Shown here one piece after another: positions 9,186-19,163 of a stretch of 64,000 bases of DNA. Position numbers and translations under genes: made by a program. The stretch is taken from the NCBI GenBank assembly GCA_964291285.2, contig OZ219786.1, forward strand, positions 864,001-928,000, in the 5' to 3' direction. Position 1 is the stretch's first letter. Each line of letters starts with the position of its first letter. The DNA comes from Alphaproteobacteria bacterium (GTDB taxonomy: Bacteria; Pseudomonadota; Alphaproteobacteria; Bin95). A model generated the notes under the pieces. The model was not told the origin of the DNA. It searched no databases and worked only from the letters and a program-made list of their open reading frames with translations.

Positions 9186-10142
9186 TTGCCCATCACGCTG
9201 CGCCAGTTGCGTTATTTCCAGGCTCTCGTCGAGCACGGCTCCTTCAGCCGCGCCGCGGAGAGCGTATTCGTGTCCCAGCCCGCGCTGTCGCTCCAGATCC
9301 GCGAGCTCGAGGCCACGCTCGGCGGGCCGCTGGTGGAGCGCGAGAGCCGGGGCGTTCATCTCACCCGCCTCGGCCGGGAGGCGCATGAGCAGGCGCTGCG
9401 GATTCTGGACGAGACCAATTTCCTGGAGCTCATGGGGAAACAGTTCGATGACGGCCGGGCAAGGGTCGCGATCGGCATTATTTCCACCCTGTCGCCATAT
9501 CTGCTGCCGGGCCTTCTGAAGCGCTTGCAGGAGACGACGCCCCGCATCGAACCCGGCGTCGTCGAGGCGACCGGCAACGACCTCCTGGCCGGCTTGCAGT
9601 CGGGCCGCCTGGACGCGGCGGTCCTTTCCCTGCCGGTCGGCGTGATCGAGCTGCCGGAGCGGGAGTTGTTCGAAGACCGGTTCCTGGTCGCGGGCCGTCC
9701 CGGCGCGGTGGACGCCGTCCGTTCGCATTCCGACGCGCCCCGCCCCGAGGACCTGGCGCGGGCCGATATCGGGCCGCTGCTCACCCTTGCGGACGGACAT
9801 TGCCTCGCCGACCAGGTTCTGGGGGCCTGCTCGATGTGGCGCCAGCAGGAAGTCCACCGCGGCGCCGGTTCGCTGGCCACGCTGGCGCGTCTGGTCGCGG
9901 GCGGGGAAGGCATCACGCTCATTCCGGAAACCGCCCTGCCCTGCGAAAGCGGGATGTCTCCGGACCTCCGCTTCATGCGCTTCGCCGCGCCGGAGCCATT
10001 GCGGCGGATCGGCCTGATCCACCGCCTTGCCACCCACGGACAGCGCTGGATCGACCCCTTGGCCGAAGCGGTGGCGGATGCCGGCAGGGAACTGACCGGA
10101 CAGGCGCGCCGGTTGGTGGCCGAAGCTCCTGCGGCCGCCTGA
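9186..10142 (+). CDS. oxyR: LysR-family regulator, OxyR-like
   Basis: LysR HTH (FSRAAE..VSQPALS.QI); GHCLADQVLGAC gives the Cys-x8-Cys redox pair typical of OxyR. Confidence 0.8.
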   Translation: MPITLRQLRYFQALVEHGSFSRAAESVFVSQPALSLQIRELEATLGGPLVERESRGVHLTRLGREAHEQALRILDETNFLELMGKQFDDGRARVAIGIISTLSPYLLPGLLKRLQETTPRIEPGVVEATGNDLLAGLQSGRLDAAVLSLPVGVIELPERELFEDRFLVAGRPGAVDAVRSHSDAPRPEDLARADIGPLLTLADGHCLADQVLGACSMWRQQEVHRGAGSLATLARLVAGGEGITLIPETALPCESGMSPDLRFMRFAAPEPLRRIGLIHRLATHGQRWIDPLAEAVADAGRELTGQARRLVAEAPAAA

Positions 10143-10173
10143 GCCGGGCCGCCGCAGGTCCCTGCTGCCCGCA

Positions 10174-11877
10174 TTACCCGCCTGCCGCCTTCGCCATGAA
10201 ATCGAAATCGCAGCCCCGGTTCGCCTGGGTCACGGTCTCCAGATAGAGCTTGAGATAGCCGCGCTGCGAACCGGCATGGGCCGGCGGCTTCCAGTCCGCG
10301 CGCCGCCGTTCAAGCTCCGCTTCGTCCACCAGCAGGTCGAGGCGCCGCCCCGGCGTGTCGAGGCGGATGCGGTCGCCGGTGCGCACGAGCGCAAGCGGCC
10401 CGCCGACCGCCGCCTCCGGGCAGCAGTGCAGCACGATCGTGCCGAAGGCCGTTCCCGACATGCGCGCATCGGAGATACGCAGCATGTCGCGCACACCTTC
10501 CGCCGCGAGCTTTTTCGGAATGGGCATCGAGCCCGCCTCCGGCATGCCCGGCGCGCCCTTCGGCCCGGCATTGCGGAGCACCAGCACATCGTCGGCCGCC
10601 ACATCCAGGTCGGGATCGTCGATCCGCTCCGCGAGGTCCTCCAGCCCGTCGAACACCACCGCCCGGCCCTCATGCACCAGCAGGTCCGGGCTTGCCGCCG
10701 ACTGCTTGATGACGGCCGTGTCCGGCGCGAGCGTGCCGCGCAGCACGGCGACGCCCCCTTCCGGCCAGATCGGGTCCGCCAGCGGGCGCACGACCGTCTG
10801 GCCCGGATGCTCGTCGGCCGCCCCGTCGATCTCCTCGCCGAGCGTGCGCCCCGTCACCGTCAGCGCGTCGAGATTCAGGAGAGCCTTCAGTTCCTTCAGG
10901 ATGGGCGCCGCGCCGCCCGCGCGGTGCAGGTCCTCCATGTAGTGCCGGCCCGAGGGCTTCAGGTCCACCAGCACGGGCGTCTCCCGGCCCATCCGGTCGA
11001 TGGCGTCGAGGTCCACCTCGATCCCGAGCCGGCCGGCGACCGCCGCCATGTGGATCAGGCCGTTGGTCGAGCCGCCGACCGCGAGGAGCATGCGCAACGC
11101 GTTCTCGAAGGCGGCCGGCGTCATGATGCGGTCGGGAGTCAGCCCCTCCCCTGCCAGCGCGACGGCGCGGGCGCCGGTGGCCTCCGCATGGCGCAGCCGG
11201 TCGGCATGGACCGCCGGGATGGCCGCGCCGCCGGGCAGCATCATGCCGATGGTCTCGGTCATCAGCGCCATTGTGGAGGCCGTGCCCATCACCATGCAGG
11301 TGCCGGCCGTCGGCATCAGCCGCCCGCCGGCGAGTTCGATTTCCGCCTCGTCCATGTCGCCCGCCCGGTAGAGACCCCAGAGCCGCCGGCAGTCGGTGCA
11401 GGCGCCGAGCCTCTCGCCCCGGAAATGGCCGGTCATCATCGGCCCCGTCACCTCCATGATGGCGGGAATGCCGGCGCTCGCCGCGCCCATCAGCAACGCC
11501 GGCACCGTCTTGTCGCAGCCGCCGATCAGCACCACGGCGTCCATCGGCTGGGCGCGGACCATCTCCTCCGTGTCCATCGCCATGAGGTTGCGCAGGAACA
11601 TGGAGGTGGGGTGCGAGAAGCTCTCGTGGATCGAGATCGTCGGGAAGCGGATCGGCAGCCCGCCCGCATGCATGACGCCGCGCTCGATGGCGGCAATCAG
11701 GTCCGGCACGGTGCGGTGGCAGCCATTGTAGCCGCTGAACGTGTCGGTGATGGCGACGATGGGGCGTTCGAGCGCCTCGTCGGAATAGCCCATCGCCTTG
11801 ATGAACGCCTTGCGCAGGAAGAAGGAGAGCCCGGCGTCGCCGTATTGGGCGAGGCCGGAACGGATGCCATCGGTCAC
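10174..11877 (-). CDS. Dihydroxy-acid dehydratase (IlvD/Edd family)
   Basis: GGCDKT, GTCMVMGTASTM, GGSTN and SDARMSGT motifs; substrate uncertain. Confidence 0.92.
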   Translation of the reverse strand: MTDGIRSGLAQYGDAGLSFFLRKAFIKAMGYSDEALERPIVAITDTFSGYNGCHRTVPDLIAAIERGVMHAGGLPIRFPTISIHESFSHPTSMFLRNLMAMDTEEMVRAQPMDAVVLIGGCDKTVPALLMGAASAGIPAIMEVTGPMMTGHFRGERLGACTDCRRLWGLYRAGDMDEAEIELAGGRLMPTAGTCMVMGTASTMALMTETIGMMLPGGAAIPAVHADRLRHAEATGARAVALAGEGLTPDRIMTPAAFENALRMLLAVGGSTNGLIHMAAVAGRLGIEVDLDAIDRMGRETPVLVDLKPSGRHYMEDLHRAGGAAPILKELKALLNLDALTVTGRTLGEEIDGAADEHPGQTVVRPLADPIWPEGGVAVLRGTLAPDTAVIKQSAASPDLLVHEGRAVVFDGLEDLAERIDDPDLDVAADDVLVLRNAGPKGAPGMPEAGSMPIPKKLAAEGVRDMLRISDARMSGTAFGTIVLHCCPEAAVGGPLALVRTGDRIRLDTPGRRLDLLVDEAELERRRADWKPPAHAGSQRGYLKLYLETVTQANRGCDFDFMAKAAGG

Positions 11878-12799
11878 GGGTGAAGCACCTTTCGGTTGTC
11901 CGGGGCGGAGGGAGTCGAGTTTGCGGCCCCGGGGGCGGAGGGCCAAGCGCGATGTGTCATGTGGATGTCATGGAATGTCATGTTCTGTCATGCGGGCCTG
12001 TCTCCGCCCCGGCCGTTTGCAAGGCATTGCAGCCTCCTTGTCGGTCTGCGGTCCCGGATGCCCCGTTGCCGGAGGAGCGCTCCTCCCGCGCGCATAATGC
12101 GCGTCCGGCCGCGCGTGCGCGCACGTGTGCGCGAAGCGGCGGGGCCGTCCCCTCCACCGTGGATGTCATGTTGTGTCATGGAGGCACGCCGCGGGACCTT
12201 CCTCCCGAGACGCCATCCCGATCCTCTTCCCATCGTGCCCGGACTTGTTCCGGGCATCTCTCCCTGGACCGTTGCAGCGGCGGAAGTGGCAAGTCCGGGC
12301 ATGACGAATGGGAGACGGGGCGGGCCATCCTTCGATACGCGGCCGGCGCCGCTGCTCAGGATGAGGGGAGGGGCCCGCTCCACGGGAATGTCACGAAATG
12401 TCATGATCTGCATGCGCGCGGCGCATATCCTGTGGTCGTTTCAGACATGAGACCACCGTTTGTCTCCCCGCCTCGCCTGCGAGGGAAGGCCGGGGCGGGA
12501 GGCCCTCTCTCGATCCGGCACGGCCTTGCCGGAACGCGCGGCCGCCGGGCCTTCTTTCGGCCCCCTCCGCAGGCGGGAGAGGCGCTTGTGTGGCGGCAGG
12601 CCATCCTGTCGAAGCCGTATTCGCCTGCATCCCGCACATCGTTCCTTCATCCCGTTTCGTTCCCTTTCATTCCCCTCTCCCCGCCGCCGGCCTGCCCGGC
12701 AAGCGGGACCCTGATTCGCGCGTATCGCGCGGGCGCGGGCGGGTGTCGGCGCCGGCGCGGTTCGCGCACCTGATTGCGCCTGCGCCTGCCCGCGCATAA

Positions 12800-13927
<1,128 letters not shown>

Positions 13928-14146
13928 CCGACAACACAGTCGCTCTCCTGTCGGCTCCCAAAGGTATTTTTCGCGTCGGCGCCAACGCGAAAGACGAAGC
14001 GGCCTCCGGATACCGCTTCGTCCGATTCAATATAACATATGATTTAGATATGTCAATTCATTTTGAGATTTATTGCCAATAATTCGAACAAATGCGTTTG
14101 CCGATCCCGCCGTTGCACGAACGGCCCATACAGACCGAATCCTGGC

Positions 14147-15269
14147 CTACCCCCCGTCCGCCGCCCGGTCCGCGCCCACCCTTGCGGCCAGCGCGGCGCT
14201 CAGGAAGTCGTCGATATTGCCGTCCAGCACGCCCTGGGCGTTGCCCTTCTCCACGCCGGTGCGCAGGTCCTTCACCATCTGGTAGGGCTGGAGCACGTAG
14301 GAGCGGATCTGGTTGCCCCAGCCGATGTCCGCCTTCGCCGCCTGCTCCGCCGCGGCTTCGGCCTCGCGCCGCTGGAGCTCGTGCTCGTAGAGCCGCGCCT
14401 TCAGCATCGCCATGGCCGTCGCCCGGTTGCGGTGCTGCGAGCGGTCGTTCTGGCACTGGACGACGATGCCAGTCGGCATGTGCGTGATCCGGACGGCGCT
14501 CTCGGTCTTGTTGACATGCTGCCCGCCAGCGCCGGACGCCCGGTAGACATCCACCCGGAGCTCGCTCTCGTCGATCTCGATCTCGATGCGGTCGTCCACC
14601 ACCGGATAGACCCAGGCCGAGGCGAAGCTGGTGTGGCGGCGCGACTGGCTGTCGAAGGGCGAGATGCGCACTAGGCGGTGGACGCCGCTCTCCGTCTTCA
14701 GCCAGCCATAGGCGTTCTCGCCCCTGATCCGCACCGACGCGGACTTGATGCCCGCTTCCTCGCCGGGGCTCTCTTCCAGCCATTCGAGCTTGTAGCCGCC
14801 AGCGTCGGCCCAGCGGACATACATGCGCAACAGCATCTCGGCCCAGTCCTGCGCCTCCGTGCCGCCCGCGCCGGCGTTCACTTCCAGGTAGCAGTCATTG
14901 CCGTCGGCCTCGCCGGACAGCAGGCTCTCCAGCCTGCGGCGGGCGGCCCGGTCCCGAATCGATTCGAGTTCGGCTTCGGCCTCGTCGAGCGCCGCCCGGT
15001 CCTCTTCCGCCTCGCCGAGCTCGTAAAGCGTGATCGCGTCTTCCAGCGCGCCTTCGAGCGCACGGTAGCCTTCCAGCCCGCCGGCCAGCCGCGTCCGTTC
15101 GCGCATCACCTCCTGGGCGCGCGCCGGATCGTTCCAGAGTTCGGGCGCTTCGGCCTCGGCGTTCAACGCCTCTAGGCGCGCCGTGGATGCGTCCCAGTCA
15201 AAGATGCCTCCGGATCAGGGCAAGGCTGTCGCGAATGTCATCCACAAGGGCCTGCGCTTCGGCACGCAT
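14147..15269 (-). CDS. prfB: Peptide chain release factor 2 with programmed +1 frameshift
   Basis: SPF and GGQ motifs. Upstream frame MRAEAQ...RRHL ends in CTT TGA C (15197-15203) with an internal GGAGG SD just before it. Confidence 0.96.
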
Positions 15270-15299
15270 CGAGCAGTCTCCGCCGAATTCGGGATCGGG

Positions 15300-17687
15300 T
15301 CAGTATATACCGGAAATGCCCTCGCGGCTTCCTGCCGGCAGGCGGCCGGGCTCTCCGGGGCGGGGCTCGGTTCCCGGCTTGAAGGCCTCCAGGATGATGT
15401 CGGCCTCGCCGGGCGCCGCGGGCTTGCCGGTGGTGCGCCCGACCCGCACGAAAGACATGCCGGGCGGAATCCGGAAGGGCGTCGCCGGCGCCCCGTCGAG
15501 AGCCTCGCGCATGAAGGCGCCGAACACGGGCGCCGCCACGGAGGAGCCCGTTTCCGCATGGCCGAGCGTGCGGGGCCGGTCGAAGCCGACATACACGCCC
15601 ACCACAAGGTCGGAGGCGAAGCCCACGAACCAGGCATCGACATAGTCGCTGGTCGTGCCCGTCTTTCCGGCAAGCGGCTTGCCAACCGCGCGCAGCCGCC
15701 GTCCGGTACCGCGCAGCACCGCGCCCTCCAGCATGGACACCACCTGATAGACGCTCTGCGGGTCCGCAATCCGCTCGCGCGGGTCCGGCGGGTAAGGCAC
15801 TTCCGGCCTCAGCTCCTCAAGCGCGTTGCAATCCGGGCAGACCCTGCGTTCATGGCGGAAGACCGTCCGCCCGTGGCGGTCCTGGACACGGTCGATGAGC
15901 GTCGGCGAGATGCGCCTTCCGCCATTGGCGAGCATGGCGTAGCCGGCCGTCATCCGGGAGAGCGTCGTCTCGCCCGCGCCAAGCGACATCGACAGCACTT
16001 CCGGCATCCTGTCCTGGATGCCGAACCGGGCCGCAACAGCCGCAACATCGCCCATGCCGACGGCCTGGGCGAGGCGCACGGTCATCAGGTTGCGGGATTT
16101 CTCGATGCCGATTCGCATCGGGACGATGCCGTGGAAGGAGCCGGAGTAGTTTTGCGGCCGCCAGAGGCCGAGACCGGCGCCCTGGTCGATGACGATGGGC
16201 ATGTCCGCAAGCAGCGTTGCCGGCGTGTAGCCCTCCTGGAGCGCCGCCAGGTAAACGAACGGCTTGAAGGCCGATCCGGGCTGGCGCATCGCCTGGGTCG
16301 CGCGGTTGAACTCGCTGCGCCCGGCGTCATAGCCGCCCACCATGGCGAGCACATGCCCGGTATGCGGGTCCATTGCAACCAGCGCGCCCTCGATTTCGGG
16401 TATCTGGCGCAGCGCCCATCCGCCCCCGGGTCCCGCCGGCTCCACCGCGACCAGGTCGCCCGCCTTCAGGACCTGCTGCAGGCGTTTCGGCTCCGCGCCG
16501 ATCCTCCCCTCCGCCAGCGCGCGTCTGGCCCACCGGGCTTCCTCCAGCCCAATGCGTCCGGTGCCGCCGTCCTTCAGCAATATGTCGGCGGCCTTCGCCG
16601 AAACGGCGGTCACGGCGGCCAGACGATAGGGGCTGAGCCCCGGCGGGCGGGGCGCGGATCTCAGCGCCGCTTCGAGATTGTCCTCGTCGAGCCGGGCGAT
16701 GGGGCCGCGCCAGCCGTGGCGGCGGTCGTAGTTCTGCAGGCCGGCGCGCAGGGCCCGTTCGCCTGCCCGCTGCAGTCTCGGGTCGATGGTGGTGCGGACG
16801 GACAGCCCGCCGGAATAGAGCTTGTCCTGTCCGAAGACCTCCATGAGCTCCCGGCGGACCTCCTCCGAAAACCACTTCGCCTTGAAGAACTCCGTTGCGC
16901 CGCGGGAGCGGAGCTCCAGCGGCGCGGCGACGGCCTCCTCCGCCTCCACCGGCGATATGCGCCCGTCTTCCAGCATCCGCCGCACCACCCAGTTGCGGCG
17001 CGTGAGCGCCTGCGCCCGGCGCCGGACGGGGTGGTAGTTGTTGGGCGCCTTGGGCAGGGCGGCAAGGAAGGCCGCTTCGGCAATCGTGAGGTCGTCGAGC
17101 GAGCTGTTGAAATAGTTGAGCGCCGCCGCCGCGACGCCGTAGGAGCCGAAGCCCAGGTAAATCTGGTTCAGGTAAAGCTCGAGGATGGCGTCCTTGGGCA
17201 GCGCCTTTTCGAGCCTGAGCGCCAGGATCGCCTCCCTGATCTTCCGCTCGACGGTGGCTTCCGGGCTCAGCAGGAAATTCTTGGCGACCTGCTGCGTGAT
17301 CGTCGATCCGCCTACCGGACGGCGGGCGGCTTCGGACAATTTGCTGCGCAGGAAGGTGTAGCCGGCCCGAAACAGGCCGGCGGGATCGAGGCCGGCATGG
17401 CGGTAGAAGCTCTTGTCCTCGGCGGCGAGGAACGCATCCACGACCCGCTTCGGGATGGCATCGACCGGGACGAACAGCCGATGCTCGACCGCGAACTCCG
17501 CCAGCAGGCGGCCGTCGCCGGCATGTACGCGCGTGGCGACCGGCGGCTCGTAGGTCGCAAGCCAGCCATAGGCGGGAAGGCCGCGGGAGAAATGATCGGC
17601 CGCGACGAGCGCGGCGATTCCGGCCGCCGCGACGACCGCGACGCCAAGCCAGAAGAACCAGGAGAAGATGCGCCGCAGCCGCTTCAT
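15300..17687 (-). CDS. mrcA: Penicillin-binding protein 1A
   Basis: AAED, GGSTITQQVAKN, RQPGSAFKP, SRN and KTGT motifs. Confidence 0.95.
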   Translation of the reverse strand: MKRLRRIFSWFFWLGVAVVAAAGIAALVAADHFSRGLPAYGWLATYEPPVATRVHAGDGRLLAEFAVEHRLFVPVDAIPKRVVDAFLAAEDKSFYRHAGLDPAGLFRAGYTFLRSKLSEAARRPVGGSTITQQVAKNFLLSPEATVERKIREAILALRLEKALPKDAILELYLNQIYLGFGSYGVAAAALNYFNSSLDDLTIAEAAFLAALPKAPNNYHPVRRRAQALTRRNWVVRRMLEDGRISPVEAEEAVAAPLELRSRGATEFFKAKWFSEEVRRELMEVFGQDKLYSGGLSVRTTIDPRLQRAGERALRAGLQNYDRRHGWRGPIARLDEDNLEAALRSAPRPPGLSPYRLAAVTAVSAKAADILLKDGGTGRIGLEEARWARRALAEGRIGAEPKRLQQVLKAGDLVAVEPAGPGGGWALRQIPEIEGALVAMDPHTGHVLAMVGGYDAGRSEFNRATQAMRQPGSAFKPFVYLAALQEGYTPATLLADMPIVIDQGAGLGLWRPQNYSGSFHGIVPMRIGIEKSRNLMTVRLAQAVGMGDVAAVAARFGIQDRMPEVLSMSLGAGETTLSRMTAGYAMLANGGRRISPTLIDRVQDRHGRTVFRHERRVCPDCNALEELRPEVPYPPDPRERIADPQSVYQVVSMLEGAVLRGTGRRLRAVGKPLAGKTGTTSDYVDAWFVGFASDLVVGVYVGFDRPRTLGHAETGSSVAAPVFGAFMREALDGAPATPFRIPPGMSFVRVGRTTGKPAAPGEADIILEAFKPGTEPRPGEPGRLPAGSREGISGIY

Positions 17688-17727
17688 GGGTCCCAGAAAC
17701 AAACCAACTTCATGGCAAAATCAAGGC

Positions 17728-18960
17728 TCACCCGCGCCGCCCGGCAAAGTAATGCGCCAGCGCTGCCTCGATGGCGTCGGCCACCTCCTCCCGCGTCGCG
17801 GGCCGCGTGAGCCGCCGCTCGTCCGAGGGACTCGACAGGAAGCCCAGTTCGATCAGCACCGAGGGCACTTTCGGCGATTTCAACACCCGGAAGGCGGCGG
17901 ACCGGTGCGGCCGGCGCAACAAGGGGCCGCGCACCCCCAGTTCGAAGAGAAGCAGCCTCGCGAATTCCACCGAGCGATTGGTCGCGCTGCGCTGCTGCAT
18001 GTCTATCAGGTGGCCGGCGACCTCGGCGTCGCCGTCGAATTCGAGGCCGGCGACCAGGTCCGCCCTGTTCTCCTGCGCGGCGAGCTCCCTCGCGAGCCCG
18101 TCGGACCCTTTTCCCGAGAGGGTGTAGAGCGACGCGCCGCGGGCGCTCTTGCGCGCCACCGAGTCGGCGTGCAGCGAAATGAACAGGTCGGCGCGCGCCG
18201 CCTGCCCGATGGCGACCCGCTTGCCGAGCGGCAGGAAGCGGTCGTCATTGCGCGTCAGGCGGATATTGTATTTCCCGCTCGCAGCCAGGCGGAGCGCCAG
18301 GGTCGCCGCGAATTCGAGCACGACCGCCTTTTCATGGACGCCGCTCTGGCCGATCGCCCCCGGATCAACGCCGCCATGGCCGGGATCGATCACGATTGTC
18401 GGTCTCTCCAGATGCGGCGGCAGCCGGGGCAGGGGCGCGGCCGGGCGCTCCGCCTCCGGCCTCAGGCTCCCGAAACCCGCGCCCGCCGGGCCTCCCCGGC
18501 GGAGCGGCGCCAGGTCGAGCACGAGCCGGTGCCCCCGGCCCTGCGAAGGGGGCCAGACGCTGGCCGCCGCGACTCGCATCGGCGCGTCCAGGTCCAGCAC
18601 CACGCGCCACACGCCTTCGTCGAACACGCCCGCCCTCAGCCCCGAAACCGGGCCCGCGCGGCGCGTCGGCAGGTCGGGGGCCCTTGCCGGCAAAGGCAGA
18701 TCGACGACCGCCCGGTCCGGGTCGGAGAGCGTGAAGGCGCGGAAGGGCGTGTCCGCGGACAGGTCGAGCACGAGCCGGGCGCCGTTACCGCGCTGGGCCA
18801 GCCGCATGCCCTCGACCTCGAAGGCCGCGATCCGGCTCGAATCGAGGGCCAGAAACAGCACCGCCAGGATTAGCGATTGCCGCAAGACGGTTATCGGGCT
18901 ATTGTAGGAGGCGCTTGCTGGTCTGCGTTCCTTTGCCGAGCGGGCCGTTCCTGTCGCCAT
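17728..18960 (-). CDS. amiC: N-acetylmuramoyl-L-alanine amidase (AMIN plus Amidase_3)
   Basis: IDPGHGG.DPGA, FISLHAD and SVLIELGFLS motifs; start uncertain. Confidence 0.9.
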   Translation of the reverse strand: MATGTARSAKERRPASASYNSPITVLRQSLILAVLFLALDSSRIAAFEVEGMRLAQRGNGARLVLDLSADTPFRAFTLSDPDRAVVDLPLPARAPDLPTRRAGPVSGLRAGVFDEGVWRVVLDLDAPMRVAAASVWPPSQGRGHRLVLDLAPLRRGGPAGAGFGSLRPEAERPAAPLPRLPPHLERPTIVIDPGHGGVDPGAIGQSGVHEKAVVLEFAATLALRLAASGKYNIRLTRNDDRFLPLGKRVAIGQAARADLFISLHADSVARKSARGASLYTLSGKGSDGLARELAAQENRADLVAGLEFDGDAEVAGHLIDMQQRSATNRSVEFARLLLFELGVRGPLLRRPHRSAAFRVLKSPKVPSVLIELGFLSSPSDERRLTRPATREEVADAIEAALAHYFAGRRG

Positions 18961-19163
18961 CCGAATAGCTTTTTTCGTTTGCGCCGCCAGTGAAAGTCCG
19001 GCCGGCCGGGGTCTACACGGATCGGCAGCGTGCGTTCAATGTCTCAATCCACGGCGCGCCCGGGCGGTCGAGCCCGCGCGATCGGAGGCCGGAATGAGTG
19101 TTACGAGCCTGCCGGATCGCTGCCCCCGCCCCTGCGCTGCCGCATACCCGGAGCCCTACCCTA

